From contig NC_058382.1 of assembly GCF_018350175.1 (NCBI RefSeq), positions 51,462,001 through 51,526,000 of the forward strand: a stretch of 64,000 bases of DNA, written 5' to 3'. The notes below the pieces were generated by a model, which made no database searches, was not told the origin of the DNA, and saw only the letters and a program-made list of their open reading frames with translations. This document shows, piece by piece, positions 1-10,100 of this stretch (positions within the stretch are counted from its first letter, which is position 1; every line of letters begins with the position of its first letter). The position numbers and the translations under genes were made by a program. The DNA is from Felis catus. Lineage: Eukaryota.

Positions 1-929
1 TCTCCTGGGGCTTCCCTGGCGACCAAGATAACAGGTTAGTTCTTCCATGGGTACTTCGTTATGGAAAGGTGACCTACTGTCCTGAGACACACTGCATGCA
101 CTCCAGGAAGTTGCTGTAACCTCTAAAGGCATTCTGAGGCCAGTCATCCAGCTCCATGGGGGTAGAAACCCTGATGCAGAGCCTTCCATTGGAAGAGACT
201 CTACCTATCAGCCTCATTCGGCTCCTGTCAGCTTCTACATCAAGGCAAGAAGAGTTGCTCGTCTCCTTTAGCATGTTAACCCTGCCGAGTCTCTCCAAAA
301 AAGCATGCAGAGGTTTGCCCCTCTCATGAACTCTTCCATTATTCACTGCTCGGAAGCCATCAGAGTAGCTGCTAATGAACTTTAGCAAGGGTATAACCCT
401 TTGTTTGGCCAAAGAAGGAGGGCAAGGTCTATGTGTTCTAAGGGGCTGGAAGGATGAAGAAAGTCCTCCTCCTGCCACGATTATTCCTCCCCATCACCCT
501 CTCTCCCTGTTTCTAGTGAAGTGTCCCCTCACCGTGGTACCTCAGATGATCTCACCGTCTTCACTACTGCCATTTGATAGTGCTTCATAAGCAGGTCAAT
601 GCCTTGTTAGAGAATCGTAGCCATCGTAACAGAGAGGTCACACCAGCAGAGCAGTGTTTTTGCTCAGAATTCTGGTCTCTATTGACAGAGAAAAGGGAAA
701 AACACCACAGCATAGGCTGGAAGCATCAATACCATCTGTCTGCAGGATAGAGACGGATCACAAAAGAGGACATACAGATGGCCGGTGAGCAGAAGAAACG
801 GTACTCGACTGCAATCACCACCAGGACACCACAAACTAAACCCGTCATGGGGAACCACGTCACGCCCATCACTTCGGTAGCTAAAATGGAAACCAGAGAC
901 AACAGTAAGTGTCGGCGAGCATGTGGAGT

Positions 930-1430
930 GACTGGAGCTCCCAGACCCGCTGATGGCAGGTGCCAAGTGGCACAGCCACACCCAACAACGCATTGTTAGG
1001 TATACTTCCATGGGTCCACAGGCTCACCACGAGGCACAGACAAGAATGCTCAGCGGTACTCCAGAATAGCCCAAACCGGAACGCTTAGACGCCCACCAAC
1101 CTCTAAATGGAAACCTGCTGAAATATTCACGCGGACGAATACTGTATAATTTGCCTTATGTAAAATATTAAAAAGGGCAAAAGTAAGCTAAGTTAGAAGT
1201 TAGGACAGTGGTTACCTCTGGGGGTGGGGGTGGGGTAGGGACCGGGGAGCGGACACAGGGGGATCGTCTGGGACACTGGGAATGTCTTGCTTCATCTTGG
1301 TGGCGGGTACATGGGTGCGAACTGTGTGAAAGTTCATTAGGCTGTGCTCTATGATTTTTGCCTTTTTCCGCATGTTCGTTTTGCACGTTTCCGTACACAC
1401 ATTATACTTCAACACGGGGCTTCAAAAATT
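930..1430 (+). mobile_element. Old L1 (L1ME-like) 3' end / 3'UTR relic in intron 3
   Basis: Degenerate L1 3'UTR motifs: 'ggacagtggttacctctgggg', 'ggtacatgggtg...aagttcattaggctgtgc', 'ttatacttcaa'. Confidence 0.55.
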
Positions 1431-2733
1431 AACTCAGAGTGGCGTCCAGTTTCTCAGTTGTGGTTTTTTTCCCCTTTCATGTTTCTTTCTTGTTGTTTTT
1501 TTCTCATCAAGTTTGGGGGGTATGTGTTTGTGTTTCGTAGTCGTTTGGCAGGGTCACGGAGAGGTGGGGATCGGCTTGATTCTCACCCTACCCCATACCA
1601 AGTGGGCCCCGCCAGGGTCAACAAATCGGCTAATCAGAGTCAGATGCCTAGAGATGGCAGTGGTCTGAGAAGTTATTTTACATGATGCAGGAGAGGAAAC
1701 TGAGACCTAGAAAAGTTATTTAACTGATTACATGCAGCTGGCTTCTGGAGTAGGGGAGACAGAATCCAAATGTCATGATTCCAACCCACATTGGCCTTAG
1801 ACACAGGCGCATGTGGCCGTCAATTCTCTCACATCCATCACAACGATGGAAATTTTTCACTTGCCTCATTCCCGTTTGTTAAGCGATCATTTGCTCCCGG
1901 TGACTCTCCTCCCCAGGAGAAATCAACTGACATCTATTGATAGGAGGCAACCGATCAGATTTCCTGTCATTCACAGAGGGGGGAATCCCAAGAGAGGTAC
2001 GTGAGGTGGCTAAGCGTTGCCGGAACTAGAATCGCCAGGGAGCGATTATTCCCTGCCAGGAACCGCTTCGCATCGTCCATGTAAGAAGTCGCCTAATCCC
2101 CACAGCTCTGTGCTGTAAACCCTCTTGTTATTTCCACTCTAGAGCTGAAGACACGAAGGCATATGGAGGTTCATAACTTGCACCTCCACGGTGTTATGTG
2201 GAATGGGATAGTTTAAGCCACTACAGTGAGGTGCCTCCACTCCCGAAGGCATTAGGATACAGGAGCAGACAGGAGACGGGGGAAATACGGGACAATGCCC
2301 GGAAAAGAGACCCATCACCATCAAGCCCAACACCACCACCACCACCACCAGCACCAAAACGCCAAATCTATTTGTGGGTGTGCGTAGCCACGTCATTAAT
2401 GAGTCATGGCGGTCATTTACATGGATCAAGCTTAGCTGGGAACTGTCAAATCTTTGCCTCGCCCGATACTGCAAAATTATACCAAAGAACACCAAAACTC
2501 TAGCTGTGATGAAAGGTGATAGCTGCATTTCAGGCCACGCTATGAAAACGAAGTTGAGTAATAAAGTTTCGACTGGCGCAGAACGTGGGAGTTTTCATTC
2601 ACCGGCACCTACACCTCCCGCCCCGCTCCTTGCTCGGTGTCCTGATTTACCGTGCACGTTACGAACGACATCGCCACTTGGGCTTTCCCACACTTCTTCC
2701 GGCCATGCCAGGGCATGGCCAATGATGTGTTCG

Positions 2734-2734
<1 letters not shown>

Positions 2735-2767
<33 letters not shown>
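2735..2767. repeat. (CA)n microsatellite
   Basis: About 16 AC units. Confidence 0.95.
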
Positions 2768-2769
<2 letters not shown>

Positions 2770-3507
2770 TATGTCCGTGCAAGACGCTTCTCACCGGCAG
2801 TGCGAACCTAGAACCGCATTTACTGCCTCGTAGATTTGACCGAATGCTGAGGCAAGTATCGTTTTACACCAACAGCCTTGGCCTGGAGCTCAGCTGTCGA
2901 GGATCACACAGAGAGGAAATGACGCTCGTCCCCAGTACTTTTTAAGTGCTCTGCCTCCCTGGATGCCACACTCAGTCCTGCCAGTCCTCAAACACACCAC
3001 ACCACACCACAGTCTAAAAGGATGTCTTGTGCGAGCAGGACATGAACAGCTTAGTTCAAAGAAAACAAAGGGCCTCCCTTCTACAGTGAAGGTTGGGCTT
3101 AACGGGGCTGCTGAACACAATTTTGCATTGAAATACAGTTTTCCCGTCTCAAAGCAGTGTAGAAGCATGCAGCTTGTTAGATTTATATAATGCCTGGGTC
3201 TCTTAAGACTTTACAAAGCGAATGGCATCCATCAAATTAATTTCCTCAGGGATCGTCTCAAACACAGAGAATAAAGAGGCCCAGACCATTAAACATCAAA
3301 AGAATGTTCTAAATGGTAATTAAAGTTCTATTCTATTTTCTTTTTCTGGGAGCAGATTAGATTAATTGAGAATATTAGAAGTATCAAAGCTGACAGTGTG
3401 AATGTGTCGAGCTGGCTGGAAGAACACTTAATATTGCAGACATCTGTTCATTCGAGTTCCACAAAACACAAGAAAGGGGGAGTCGACCCAGCGTGCGGGG
3501 TGCTTAC

Positions 3508-3824
3508 CAAGCCGGCACACGTAGACACAGCGACGGAGGAGAAGCTGTCATTTCTGATAAATCCCTGATAGAAGCATCGCTGCACTGCGGGTTCCGGAGT
3601 CTCCAAAGCACCATCATTTCCAAGTACCTGGACAATAAAGTGACTGCTCAAAATCGCCGAGGGCTTCAGTTCTAAATGTAGTTCCTGTCCAAATGCTGAA
3701 AATCGGTAATGCGGGGAGCTGCCGGCACTCCCCGCCGATCGCTTTTTCCTGCCGTTGTGCAAAATGTCGTGTGAAATATACGACCCGCCTGAGTCCACTT
3801 CCACCGGCGTGACAAAGACGTAAT
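3508..3824 (-). CDS. ADAMTS18: ADAMTS18 coding exon 3 (317 nt), reprolysin (M12B) pro-domain DYVFVTPVEVDSGGSYISHDILHNGRKKRS...VAVSTCAGL
   Basis: Acceptor CTTTCCCGTTGCAG|AT at 3825/3824 and donor TTG|GTAAGC at 3508/3507. Contains typical ADAMTS pro-domain motifs (YRFSAFGQELHLELKP, CFYQGFI, VAVSTCAGL) and a basic RKKR furin-type site at 3739-3750. Confidence 0.97.
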
Positions 3825-5398
3825 CTGCAACGGGAAAGTTTTAGCTGTCAGCACCCAGTACCCACAGTGCCAAAGGCTCGCTTTCCAACAGGCTGGCGGG
3901 GAGCAAAGGACAGCTCAAAGGTATCTTTGTTTCCACTGCCCTGCACCTCGCTTAACGGGAACTCAGAGCCGCTCCCGAAGAGGAGAACTCTGTGGCTTTT
4001 GCAAGGAGCTCTGTGACAGGGATGCCTACCAAACCGAGAAGTCAAGCACGATCTTCACGAATGCCAAGAATGTTTGCGAGAAAATGCCACAACCCTCTCT
4101 CATGGTCTGGAGACAGAGAGAGAGGAACTGGAGTCTGGGAGCTGCAGAACCATCCGTACATAAAAAGTGATCTTTTGGACACAAAATAAATACAGAACCG
4201 CAGAAGTAAAGAAATGCATCAATTTTTTTTTTTCCGAGGAGATTAATATCTTCGGGCTTAAACTGAACTGGGAGCATAGGGGGAGGCAGAGTTTAAATTT
4301 CAAATGATAACTCCCAGTGCTGAGTAACTTGAGATGCTATCTCAGATAACGAGCGAATACTGGCAGTTTCAGATTTCCGAGAGCAACTACATGTGATAAT
4401 AAAACCCCAGCGCTTGTATTGCTCTGAACATTTTACTCTGAGCTTGTCCAGGGACAATCCCATTTCACTGTAAGCATAAAATACAGTGGATGCATTCAAA
4501 AATGTCTCAAAATTGTCAGAACTTTCCTATTGAGTCTGATGTTTAAAATTGCTCAGACATGTTGGTGAGGGAGGGAGTATCAGTCAGGGGAACACCTGGA
4601 AGGCACGTTTAAAAATACTTTCCCCACTGCTCTCTAGAGCAGCACTAATTGCTGCTTGCAAAAAAAACAAAACAAAAAACAAAAACAAAAAACAAAAAAA
4701 CCCAAAAACCAACCAACTACTTGCTGCCGGAAAACCGAAGCCAGCACACCGTTTTCTATCACAAAATGCTGAGACCAAGAACTACCATCACAAAAGGATT
4801 TGGGACAGACCTTCTGCGTGTTCGAAGACATCCTGCGTTTCCACTTTCTAGGCACAGAATGGGAAACTAATTTGGAAAGTGTTTAGAACGATTCCGAATA
4901 ACTGAGAGGCATGTTTGAGTCACTTGGGTCCCTGGTTACTGGGGGAGGAAAAGAGAGAGGAATTTCCCTTTTCCCAAGAGAGTCAACAACCAAATAAGAA
5001 AAGTTCAGGAATGAACAGAAGGCTGGTAGGTAAGAGGGATCCATGAGCGATATGCTAATTGAGCCTCCGTTTGGAAAAATAAAATCCCAACATGACGATA
5101 ATTTTCAACTGTGTTCTTCTGTGTAGGAACCACCTGTGACTCTGATTGCTTGAGCCACTACCCTTCTCTCAGTCTTCTTTACATCCTGCCTCTCCCATTT
5201 TCTCGACTCCTGACTAGAAATACTATCTCTGACATGCTTATTAAAAAATAACTGGGAAATAAGTTTTCCTCCTCTCTTACCCTTAAAAAACTGAGTTTTG
5301 TTTTTACACTACTTCTGTCTTAAAACTCTGTTACATTGCTTTACAGGAATGTGACTCTTGATTAAATGCAACTTTTTCTTATTAAAAAACCACCTCCT

Positions 5399-5600
5399 GG
5401 GGCGCCTGGGCGGCGCAGTCGGTTAAGCGTCCGACTTCAGCCAGGTCACGATCTCGCGGTCCGTGAGTTCGAGCCCCGCGTCAGGCTCTGGGCTGATGGC
5501 TCAGAGCCTGGAGCCTGTTTCCGATTCTGTGTCTCCCTCTCTCTCTGCCCCTCCCCCGTTCATGCTCTGTCTCTCTCTGTCCCCCCCCCCCCAAAAAAAA
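5399..5600 (+). mobile_element. Young Can-SINE (SINEC_Fc-type) in ADAMTS18 intron 2, antisense to the gene
   Basis: GGGGCGCCTGGG head, B box GAGTTCGAGCC and CT-rich region. TSD-like AAAAAACCACCTCCT / AAAAACCCACCTCCT. The tail is atypical (C12 + A8). Confidence 0.95.
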
Positions 5601-6771
5601 CCCACCTCCTTTCTCCACCGTGCTAAAACCCAAGTGTGGAAACCGGGCCAGCGCATGCGCTAGTCTCTGCAGGAAGATGTTTCTGACCGCCTTCCCCAAA
5701 CCCACCTGAAACTCTGCCTGCTCTTAGCTAGGAGGCCATGGGTAGCCTTATCCAGCCAGCCCTCTAGGCCATCAGCCCACAAATCCCCCTGCCCCAGAGG
5801 GAGCCTCCAGCTTTCTAACCTCTAATCGAACAATGAGGGGTTGTTTTAGAAACTCCAGTCAGCCTCTCTGGTTGGACAAACGGTGAATTTCTCAGGAGTT
5901 AATTCCTGGCTCTGTCCCCTCCCCTCATCTCACCCACATTTTCCCCAGCCTTCACGCGAGGACTCTGCCATTTCCCCTCTCCCCAATACGCCTGGCTCTC
6001 CCACAGCAGGAGAGGACCCTGCAAGGCTAAAACTCCTAGAATCCGGGCTGGACATCAGGTTGTGCCAGACACGTGGATGAGCTGTTCTCCTGTAGCTGGT
6101 GGAAACAATGCCAACCATCAGGAAGTTAATAAATGACAGAAGGGAAGGGTGTTCTCTGGAGGTTTTTGGCCGGGAACCTCAGAAGAGATAAAGCCCCCAG
6201 AGACCTCCAGCTTACCTGCTCTCCTCCTTCTAAAAGCAGTCTTGTGGCATCCGTGACCCGAGGGCAGGAAAAAGGAGAGAAGGAAAGGAAGGGAAGGAAC
6301 ACAAGTGGAGAGGAAAACGAGGAGGAGAGACGGGGAAGGGGAGGTCTCGCATTTTTTCACTCTCCCCCCCCCCCCCGCAAGCATTAGTTCCCACAGGCTT
6401 TCCCAGAAAAGGAAGGAAATCAGGAAGGTGCCTTCTGCTATCAACCAGAATGTCCCCTTCCTAATTTCTCACCGCAGTACGTTTTTTAAACAAGCCGTCT
6501 GTGACCCAGGGAAAGTATTGTTTTCTCAATGATGCGACTTTCAGCTCAAGACACTGATTCTTTTGATAAGTTCAGAGTCCTTGCCACATCACCCCCCGCC
6601 CCGCCAAACAGGAACCCTTTCCAGGACGGGCACACACCTGCCAGGTCGGGGCGGGGAGGGGAGGGGGGACGTGGAACGCGCCTTCCCACTTTCCCCTCTT
6701 TCGGGGAGGGGGGGAAAGAAGGGACAAGTGCCCGGGAAGGCCCTTTCTCGGGGTGGGGAGCAAATACGAAC

Positions 6772-6859
6772 CGACGTTTAATCCGCCGCCGCCGCCGCCG
6801 CCGTCACTGGCTAGGGCTGCGGCGACCGACGCACAGCAGAGGCAGCACAGCTGGAGCGC
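6772..6859 (-). CDS. ADAMTS18: ADAMTS18 coding exon 2 (88 nt, ALQLCCLCCASVAAALASDGGGGGGGLNV+G), hydrophobic end of the signal peptide
   Basis: Acceptor TTTTCTCTTGCAG|GCG at 6860/6859 and donor G|GTTCGT at 6772/6771. In frame with exon 1 (phase 0) and exon 3 (phase 1, G+AT=Asp). Confidence 0.95.
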
Positions 6860-6971
6860 CTGCAAGAGAAAAGGTGACACCGCGCGTGAGGGGCGCGGCG
6901 GGGCTGGCGCCGGGCGCCCCCCGCCACCACCACCCCCCCCGCTCTCGGCGCGCCCCTCGGCGGGCACCTGC

Positions 6972-7061
6972 CTTGGCCACGCGCCCCAGCCCCGCCGGAG
7001 CCCGCGGCGGGCCCGAGCGGGCGGCGGGCAGGGCGCACGCGAGCAGGAGGGCGCACTCCAT
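6972..7061 (-). CDS. ADAMTS18: ADAMTS18 coding exon 1 (90 nt, MECALLLACALPAARSGPPRAPAGLGRVAK), N-terminal signal region
   Basis: ATG at 7061 in context GACCATGG. The peptide matches the human ADAMTS18 N-terminus as I recall it (MECALLLACAFPAAGSGPPRGLAGLGRVAK). The exon ends in phase 0 at AAG|GCAGGT, a GC donor. Confidence 0.95.
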
Positions 7062-7063
7062 GG

Positions 7064-7129
7064 TCAGGTGCGGGCGCGGCGGCTGCGGGCGGCCGGACGC
7101 GGCGGGCGGAGCGCACTGGCGGCGCGCAT
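7064..7129 (-). other. Upstream ORF (21 aa, MRAASALRPPRPAARSRRART*) in the ADAMTS18 5'UTR
   Basis: The only minus-strand ATG I find between 7062 and ~7520 (7129-7127, context AGAATGC). Its TGA at 7066-7064 is followed by CC and then the main ATG. Confidence 0.6.
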
Positions 7130-7517
7130 TCTCCCCGCCGGCCCGGAGCGCGGCGCTCCAGGTGCGGCGCCAGGTGGGAGCCGCCGCCGCTCACCTCGCG
7201 GGCCGCGCGCGCCGGGGCCTCCCCTCCTCCGGCCGCCCGCGCGCCCTCCCTTCTGCCGGCGCCGGCCCGCGGAGCTGCCGCCCGCCGCTCCCGGGAGAGG
7301 TGGGGGGGGGGCGCACGGGGCGGGGGTGGGGGCTCCCCGGGGCGGGCGCGCGCCTCGGAGCGCAGACGGCCGGGGGACGCTGTCCGTGCCTGCCCGCCCG
7401 CTCGCCCGCCAGTCTGCGCGTCCGTCTGTCTGTGCGAGCGTCTGAGGCTCCCGGGGAAAGCAGCGCCAGCTGGCTCCCCCGGCGCGCCGAGCCGAGCGCC
7501 CGCCTCTCCACCGCACG

Positions 7518-7527
7518 GTGATTGGCG
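7518..7527 (-). promoter_or_regulatory. CCAAT box (NF-Y-type, GCCAATCAC on the minus strand)
   Basis: GTGATTGGCG on +, about 460 nt upstream of the ATG and oriented with the gene. Confidence 0.55.
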
Positions 7528-8717
7528 ACCAGCGGCTCCCGGGCCCGTCCGAGCCCCCGGGCTGGTGCAAGGGCGTGGGATCCCCGGCTCCCGCTCGGAG
7601 GGAGGAGGCGGAGGGGGAGGGCCCTGGGGGAGTGGCGGGGGGAGGGAGGGGGGAGCGCCCTGGGTCCGGCTCGGAAAACGTAATTTCGGCGCACGGAGGG
7701 CCGAGCTGGGAGGGGGCAGGCCCAGGTAAGCGGCGCGACTCCCCTCGCTGCCTGTGCAGACTTCTCTTGGACAAGTCTTCCGGCGACACAGCCGAGGTAT
7801 TTCGCGCTCTGAACGCCTCCCGAGTGCCAGGTGCTTTGTCTCCATTTACCTCAAGGCCCTGCTTGGCAAGGGGGGAATCATTAACCCCTTGATAAAGAAG
7901 AGGAAACTGGGCTCGGCTGGGCTCCCGGGAGCCCACCCGAGGGACCGGGGAGCTGGCAAACGTGGAGGAGCCCGGGGGCCGGGACCCTGAGCCTCGTCGC
8001 TGCCTACGCGGCGCACGGCAGGCTGGCTGTGGGCCACCGCTTCTCATCCTTCTCATCTTTCTCCCTTCTCCCAGCGACCATGCCTCCAGCTCCTCCAGAC
8101 GGAATCCCGGCCCCCAGTACCACGACCCGCAGAACTCGGCCGGAACAAGCGGTGCCTGCCGTCGCGGTGAACGTGCGTCTCGTTTGCCGCGCGCCCGTTC
8201 TTGACTCAATACATTCGTTTGATCTGGGGATCCCTCCTGCTGGCGGTGATGAACGAAATATGTTCTCACAGGCCAGTGGGAAAGACGGCGGTTGGGTTCC
8301 TCGACGGCGCTAGAACCCAAATGGTCGCAAATACTGTGATGGAGCGGAATAGGTGCCTACATGAGAAAGAATGCCAGCAGAATCTAATTTAGCTGGAGTG
8401 GGGTTAAGAGTGTGTGTCTGCGCGTCACGTGTCTCTTTGGAGTTGGCCTTCCAAGGAAGACCAAAGGGAGTGGGTTGCTTTTCCCAGGGAAGAGAGGAAT
8501 AAGGTCTTGTGTGCCAGGGGAGGGAGCACAAGTTAAGTGGAGGTCTTCCAGGGTGAAAAGGGCCAAAGAGTTACAGGCCAGAGGGAGAGGCGGAAAGCTA
8601 ATGGCCACATCAGTAGGACCTGGCGGGGTGGGGAGAGGAAGCGTGAAGGAACCCGTTAGATTTCAGATGTGAGAGACAGAGAGTGGAGAGGATAACATCA
8701 TCTCCTAAAAAGTCTCA

Positions 8718-8930
8718 GGGGCCCCTGGGTGTCCCAGTTGGGTAAGCTTCGAACTTCGGCTCGGGTCACGATCGCACAGTTCCGGAGTTCGAGCCCCACG
8801 TTGGGCTCCTCACTGATGCCGCAGAGCCTGCTTGGGATCCTCTCCCTTTTCCTCTCTCTCCCTCTCTCTGCCCCTCCTCTGCTCGTTCGTGCTCTCTCTC
8901 TGTCTCAAAATAAATAAACTTAAAAAAAAA
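8718..8930 (+). mobile_element. Can-SINE
   Basis: tRNA-derived head, (CT)n, AATAAATAAA-polyA tail. TSD AAAAAGTCTCA. Confidence 0.92.
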
Positions 8931-9928
8931 AGTCTCAGATTTTGTGTGGATATGGATTGGAGGGGCTGAGGCAGGGCCGGGGGGCAGGCAAACTTGCTAG
9001 AATTAAGGTAAATAACTCGGGCCTCTTGGACCAGGATGGTAGCAGGAGAGGCGGATGTGGACCCTGCTCCTCCCTAAGAGTGCCGAGGTAGCTAAGATGA
9101 GGTCCACATCACAGCTTACAAGGAGTGAGAGCTCAACACGCCTGGTCGGTTTCACCGGTCGCAGCAGAGAGGAGGTGGGTGGGGGCTGCAGATCTAGAGC
9201 ACTTCTGCTAGGGAAGGCCCTGAAGAAAGGCCACATGGGGGAGGAAATCCAGATGGAACAAACTGGCTGGGTTTCCCCACGTGATCTGTTTAAGCTCTGT
9301 GGCCTCGACCTTATAATCAGTGGAATAGGAATACACACAATGCATCAGAAGGGTATCTCCAGGATTGACTGTTTTTCTAAGCACTTTATACATGGACTCT
9401 AAAAGGGAGAACAGAGGATACACTGTACTTCTGTTCCTTCATACATCCGATGTCAAATTTGAATGTGCATGACAGTCACCTGTGATGCTGTCTTCCTATG
9501 CAGATTCCCAGGCCATGTACCATGGAAATTCTGAGCCAGGAGATTTGACGTAGGGCTCACATATGCATCTGTGGCAAGCACCTGTGGGTGACTCTAACAC
9601 ACGTGACTTAAGCACTTTAGTAAGAAACGAACTGCACGCCAAGGGTGTGGAGGTCTCCTCTTGAACCTGATATAAATGGCTCATCCCTCTTCTCCCATAC
9701 CCTAGTAAACCTTTGCCCTGGGTAAATCCCAGCCCTCCACGGTTTGATACAGAAACCAAGACCCATTTCTCACATACTCATAGCTCGGGAGATCATAATG
9801 TCCAGTCCCATCCATTTGCAGATGACTGGATCCAATTTCTTCTGCAGGGCCAATATATAAACACTGCAAAGCCAGCCATATATACCTTCTGAGAGGATTT
9901 TATGCACTCAATATTCCCAGAACTAGCC

Positions 9929-9963
9929 CTGCAATATGTACAAATTGCCTCTAGATGGTGACA
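9929..9963 (+). promoter_or_regulatory. Candidate CTCF site (core plus upstream motif)
   Basis: CTGCAATATGT-ACAAAT-TGCCTCTAGATGGTGACA. The core resembles CCASYAGRKGGCR and is preceded by a TGCA-type upstream motif at the usual 5-6 bp spacing. Confidence 0.6.
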
Positions 9964-10100
9964 GAGAGTCAGGACCACAAGGTCCAGCCCTTGGGCTGTG
10001 AATTGCAAAGTAGCACCCATCTCTGTTATTTGGAAACACCAATCTTGGCTGATTTTAAAAGTACGAATCTAAGACACAATAATGAATATCTGAAGTTCAA

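Larger units (their letters stand above)
6550..8330. promoter_or_regulatory. CpG island / ADAMTS18 promoter, 5'UTR and exons 1-2
   Basis: Very high GC and CpG density, GC boxes (GGGCGG) and G-runs, spanning the start codon. The TSS is inferred at roughly 7450-7500, not observed. Confidence 0.9.

Noticed and set aside
1..600. 134-aa ORF (74-478) in intron 3
   Set aside because: It does not resemble ADAMTS18 exon 4 (expected to begin SGLIRT, from memory) or any protein I recognise.
1643..1663. Weaker CTCF-like motifs (CCTAGAGATGGCAG here; others near 16245 and 24400)
   Set aside because: They have several core mismatches and no upstream motif, so I cannot distinguish them from chance without PWM scoring.
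3448..3804. 118-aa ORF as a standalone gene
   Set aside because: It is exon 3 of ADAMTS18. The called start is an internal GTG, and the tail after CAGL is intronic.
5399..5480. tRNA-like A/B boxes
   Set aside because: These are tRNA-derived SINE heads followed by CT tracts and polyA, not functional tRNA genes.
6804..6971. Continuation of the MECALL ORF to 85 aa
   Set aside because: This is read-through into intron 1. Similarity to ADAMTS18 stops at RVAK and resumes in another frame at exon 2.
6529..8320. Long ORFs of 330, 230, 344, 418 and 167 aa on both strands
   Set aside because: They lie in the CpG island, where stop codons are rare. The products are low-complexity R/G/P/A with no recognisable domain and overlap the true ADAMTS18 exons.
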